A stretch of DNA of 39,511 bases, from positions 1 through 39,511 of IMG/VR virus record IMGVR_UViG_3300012952_000039; one strand, written 5' to 3'. The notes beneath the pieces are model-generated. The model did no database searches. It worked only from the letters and a program-made list of their open reading frames with translations, and was not told the origin of the DNA. Positions 37,297-39,511 of the stretch are shown piece by piece. The stretch comes from a virus. Its lineage: Duplodnaviria > Caudoviricetes. The position numbers and the translations under genes are program-made. Every line of letters begins with the position of its first letter. Position 1 is the stretch's first letter.

Positions 37297-38762
37297 TAGT
37301 AATATGTCCTCTTACGTTCAGGAAGTTCCTCGTCCTCGTAATCTTCGGGGTGTTCAACGAAACCACCTTGTCTAAATCTCATTACTGCTTGAGTCATGCT
37401 GTCCACTAGGTCATCGTGTTCGCCTAATGGGAATGCAGCGCATTCCTCAATCATTTCATCAGCAAACTTGCGATCCGGATACCAAATCATACCTGACTCA
37501 AATAACGGAGCAACAGAGTTCACTCTAGTATGTTTATCATTTCCCTTGCTAGGTGTAAAGTTAATAACTGGTATACCCATCTTACGTAATTCATAGGTCA
37601 AAGGTAGTCCAGACGCTTTTGCTTCAATTATAACAGTTTCTGGCTTCCAGTAGTCAAACTGCTCTTTTGCTATTTTTCTAAGATCAGGGAACTCATATCT
37701 ATCCTTAATTACATCAAGAAGAATAAGCGCAGGTCCGCTGTCCTCGTTTGGTTGAAACACGCCCCACGTAGATATGGCGCTGTAGTCGGCGGTTTCTTTC
37801 TTCATAAATGCAGTATCATAAGATTGTATTACATGTTGCAATGGTGGGAGTTTGTCCTTTGGCCATTTCTTCCACCACTCTCTTTTGATAATAGATCCTT
37901 CAGCTGCTGTCGGGTTTTGCTGGTACTGTGCATTCCATTTTAGTACACTCACGGATGCTTTCACCGCTTCTAATTCTTCTAGTTTCCAGTATCCTGGCCA
38001 TACTGGTTTGCCTGATGGTAATATTGCGGGGAACTCGATCACTTCCCACTGGTCTGACTTTGGTTCTTTTTGTGCTTTCATTAGCTTACCTGTCAGGTCA
38101 GCAACTGACCATCGAGTCATCACAACAATTATCCTACCTCCTGGTTGCAAACGTTGTCTAGGACCTGATGTATACCATTCGTAAACCCTGTCGTACGAAG
38201 CGGGGTTCATGGCATCTTGTTCAGAATGTGGGTCGTCAATGATAAGTAGATCCGCACCACGACCAGTTATCGATCCACCAACACCGGCTGCATAGTATTC
38301 ACCACCTTGTTCTGTTTCCCATTTACCTGCTGCTTGTGAGTCTTCTCGTAATCTTGTGTTAAATACTTTCTGATAATCTTCTTGGTCAATTAATGTTTTT
38401 GCTTTCCTACCAAAACGAACTGCAAGTTCTGCATTATTTGTTGCTTGGATAATTTTTAAATTAGGATTATTACCAATCATCCATGCAGGTAAAAAGTTTG
38501 ATGCAAATTCTGATTTTGTATGTCTAGGTGCCATATTGATAATTAATCGCTTGAGCTCGCCGCTTGCAACGCGATTAAATTTTTCTGACATAATTTTATG
38601 ATGTTCACCTTCAATAAATTCAGGCCACATATATTTTACAAAAGATAAAAAGTCATCTCTAACAGATTGGTCTTTTTTCTTTTGATCAAGCAGTAATGCT
38701 GCTTTTAAATATTCCTTTTTAGTATCTGCAGGTAATTGTTCTATCTGATCTGGAGTAAGCAT
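37296..38762 (-). CDS. terL: Terminase large subunit
   Basis: Walker A-like APRHTKS, GRGADLLIIDDP Walker B, VMTRW, nuclease QSYDTA...IEAKASG...HDDLVD. Confidence 0.95.
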   Translation of the reverse strand: MLTPDQIEQLPADTKKEYLKAALLLDQKKKDQSVRDDFLSFVKYMWPEFIEGEHHKIMSEKFNRVASGELKRLIINMAPRHTKSEFASNFLPAWMIGNNPNLKIIQATNNAELAVRFGRKAKTLIDQEDYQKVFNTRLREDSQAAGKWETEQGGEYYAAGVGGSITGRGADLLIIDDPHSEQDAMNPASYDRVYEWYTSGPRQRLQPGGRIIVVMTRWSVADLTGKLMKAQKEPKSDQWEVIEFPAILPSGKPVWPGYWKLEELEAVKASVSVLKWNAQYQQNPTAAEGSIIKREWWKKWPKDKLPPLQHVIQSYDTAFMKKETADYSAISTWGVFQPNEDSGPALILLDVIKDRYEFPDLRKIAKEQFDYWKPETVIIEAKASGLPLTYELRKMGIPVINFTPSKGNDKHTRVNSVAPLFESGMIWYPDRKFADEMIEECAAFPLGEHDDLVDSMTQAVMRFRQGGFVEHPEDYEDEELPERKRTYY

Positions 38763-38862
38763 TTGAAAAAAAATTTATTATAATTTTTGCACTTCCCTTT
38801 TTGAGTGAAAATGAATTTAGCACGTATCTATTTATGAAACAAGGCTATATATGGTAACTATT

Positions 38863-38940
38863 GGGACCCCTTTATACTAAATCTGGTGTACCCCCGCCCC
38901 TTAGATTTATATACCCCTGTTTCTTTAGGGACCCCTAAAG
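38863..38940. repeat. GGGACCCCT direct repeat plus perfect 8-bp inverted repeat
   Basis: GGGACCCCT at 38863 and 38928; CTTTAGGG-AC-CCCTAAAG at 38923-38940. Confidence 0.75.
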
Positions 38941-38943
38941 TGT

Positions 38944-38973
38944 TTGACATCTGGTCGCAAATAGGGTTAATAT
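38944..38973 (+). promoter_or_regulatory. Sigma70-like promoter
   Basis: TTGACA-18 nt-TAATAT, then AGAAAGGA SD and ATG at 39002. Confidence 0.7.
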
Positions 38974-39001
38974 GTGGGAAATTAATAGAAAGGAAAATAC
39001 A

Positions 39002-39133
39002 ATGGGATTTATTATACCAGTTATACTTTTAAATATCTGTGGGATACTGATGGCAGTCGCAGGTCACGCCCTCTTCGGACTTGCATTGTGTGGTCTGTCA
39101 TTCTTATACATTGCAAAACAATTCATTGATTAA
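39002..39133 (+). CDS. 43-aa hydrophobic two-helix membrane peptide (not in track)
   Basis: MGFIIPVILLNICGILMAVAGHALFGLALCGLSFLYIAKQFID, with its own promoter, SD and downstream hairpin. Confidence 0.75.
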   Translation: MGFIIPVILLNICGILMAVAGHALFGLALCGLSFLYIAKQFID

Positions 39134-39138
39134 CACAC

Positions 39139-39154
39139 GCCCTCTTCGGAGGGC
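39139..39154 (+). terminator. cUUCGg hairpin after the 43-aa ORF
   Basis: GCCCUC-UUCG-GAGGGC; no U-tract follows. Confidence 0.5.
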
Positions 39155-39169
39155 AACCCCCCATCAGTT

Positions 39170-39204
39170 CAAGCTACAAGCTCCAAGCTCCAAGCAACAA
39201 GCGA
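39170..39204. repeat. Five tandem CAAGCnn heptamers
   Basis: CAAGCTA CAAGCTC CAAGCTC CAAGCAA CAAGCGA. Confidence 0.9.
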
Positions 39205-39344
39205 GAAAGTAAATAAGGTTAGTCAGCTTGCGTGCTTATCCCTTAGACTAGTCCTAGCTATCTCTTATCTACTTTCTCTATCCACATATCTATGGAATAT
39301 CGTTGTTGGGGGTTTTACAGATATGACTACCATACCCCCAACAA
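39203..39344 (-). ncRNA. Candidate structured RNA (long stem plus loop-loop pseudoknot)
   Basis: 11-bp stem 39303-39313/39334-39344; its loop CAUAUCU is complementary to AGAUAUG in the next hairpin loop; 15-bp stem 39203-39217/39264-39278 with a G-U pair on the minus strand. Confidence 0.5.
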
Positions 39345-39346
39345 TC

Positions 39347-39511
39347 CTAATTCACTAGAGAGAAGCCACTTGTACTTGCATTAACAACTACAAGTTCTGG
39401 CTCTTTATCGTCTAGCTTTATGTTATTCATAGCTTGTGAAAGTCTTGTCTTGGTCTGTTCACTTACTATGGATAATTCTCTACCAATGTCTGTGTTATCA
39501 AAGTTCACACA
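39347..39511 (-). CDS. 3' end of a hypothetical protein (truncated by window edge)
   Basis: Open frame CVNFDNTDIGRELSIV...SGFSLVN-stop running from the window end. Confidence 0.6.
   Translation of the reverse strand, partial: CVNFDNTDIGRELSIVSEQTKTRLSQAMNNIKLDDKEPELVVVNASTSGFSLVN

Noticed and set aside
436-38184. Many plus-strand ORFs of 60-133 aa in the track (e.g. 2929-3246, 26915-27316, 36551-36943)
   Set aside because: They lie antisense to long, motif-bearing minus-strand genes, show no recognisable motifs and look like shadow ORFs.
37296-38762. Intein or intron in terL
   Set aside because: Normal length (488 aa) with contiguous ATPase and nuclease motifs.
39065-39204. CRISPR-like mini-array from the 15-nt repeat or the heptamers
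   Set aside because: Only two copies of the 15-mer; the heptamers have no spacers; no cas genes.
39139-39346. tRNA or hammerhead ribozyme in the structured region
   Set aside because: No cloverleaf or T-loop GTTC; no correctly arranged CUGAnGA and GAAA cores flanked by three stems.

Overview
The window is a roughly 39.5 kb piece of an AT-rich (mid-30s % GC by eye) dsDNA tailed phage with podovirus-like organisation. Nearly all of it is one tightly coupled minus-strand late operon. From right to left it encodes: terminase large subunit, a 661-aa protein, portal, a 551-aa protein, small basic and membrane proteins, holin, GroES, scaffold, decoration and major capsid proteins, head-tail adaptors, several tail fibres and adhesins, a tail nozzle, four internal/ejection proteins (one of 2414 aa) and a peptidase M15 endolysin. 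The operon converges on the 3' end of a plus-strand SNF2-type helicase. Gene content and style resemble marine alphaproteobacterial (pelagiphage/uvMED-like) podoviruses; this is inference. I added six ORFs missing from the track and corrected three starts. The most interesting signals are: (1) a recurrent hydrophobic-x-x-Gly-Gly tag, often doubled, shared by four otherwise unrelated putative internal proteins, in one case followed directly by a buried twin-arginine (Tat-like) signal; (2) a promoter-linked 5' UTR pseudoknot that would occlude a Shine-Dalgarno, downstream of the capsid gene; (3) a cluster of structured RNA elements, heptamer repeats and palindromes upstream of the terminase; (4) a HAD nucleotidase-like domain embedded in a morphogenesis protein; (5) two parallel fibre+adhesin modules sharing an N-terminal docking peptide. 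No tRNA, rRNA, CRISPR array, integrase or reverse transcriptase was seen. All calls come from reading motifs by eye; no database searches were run.
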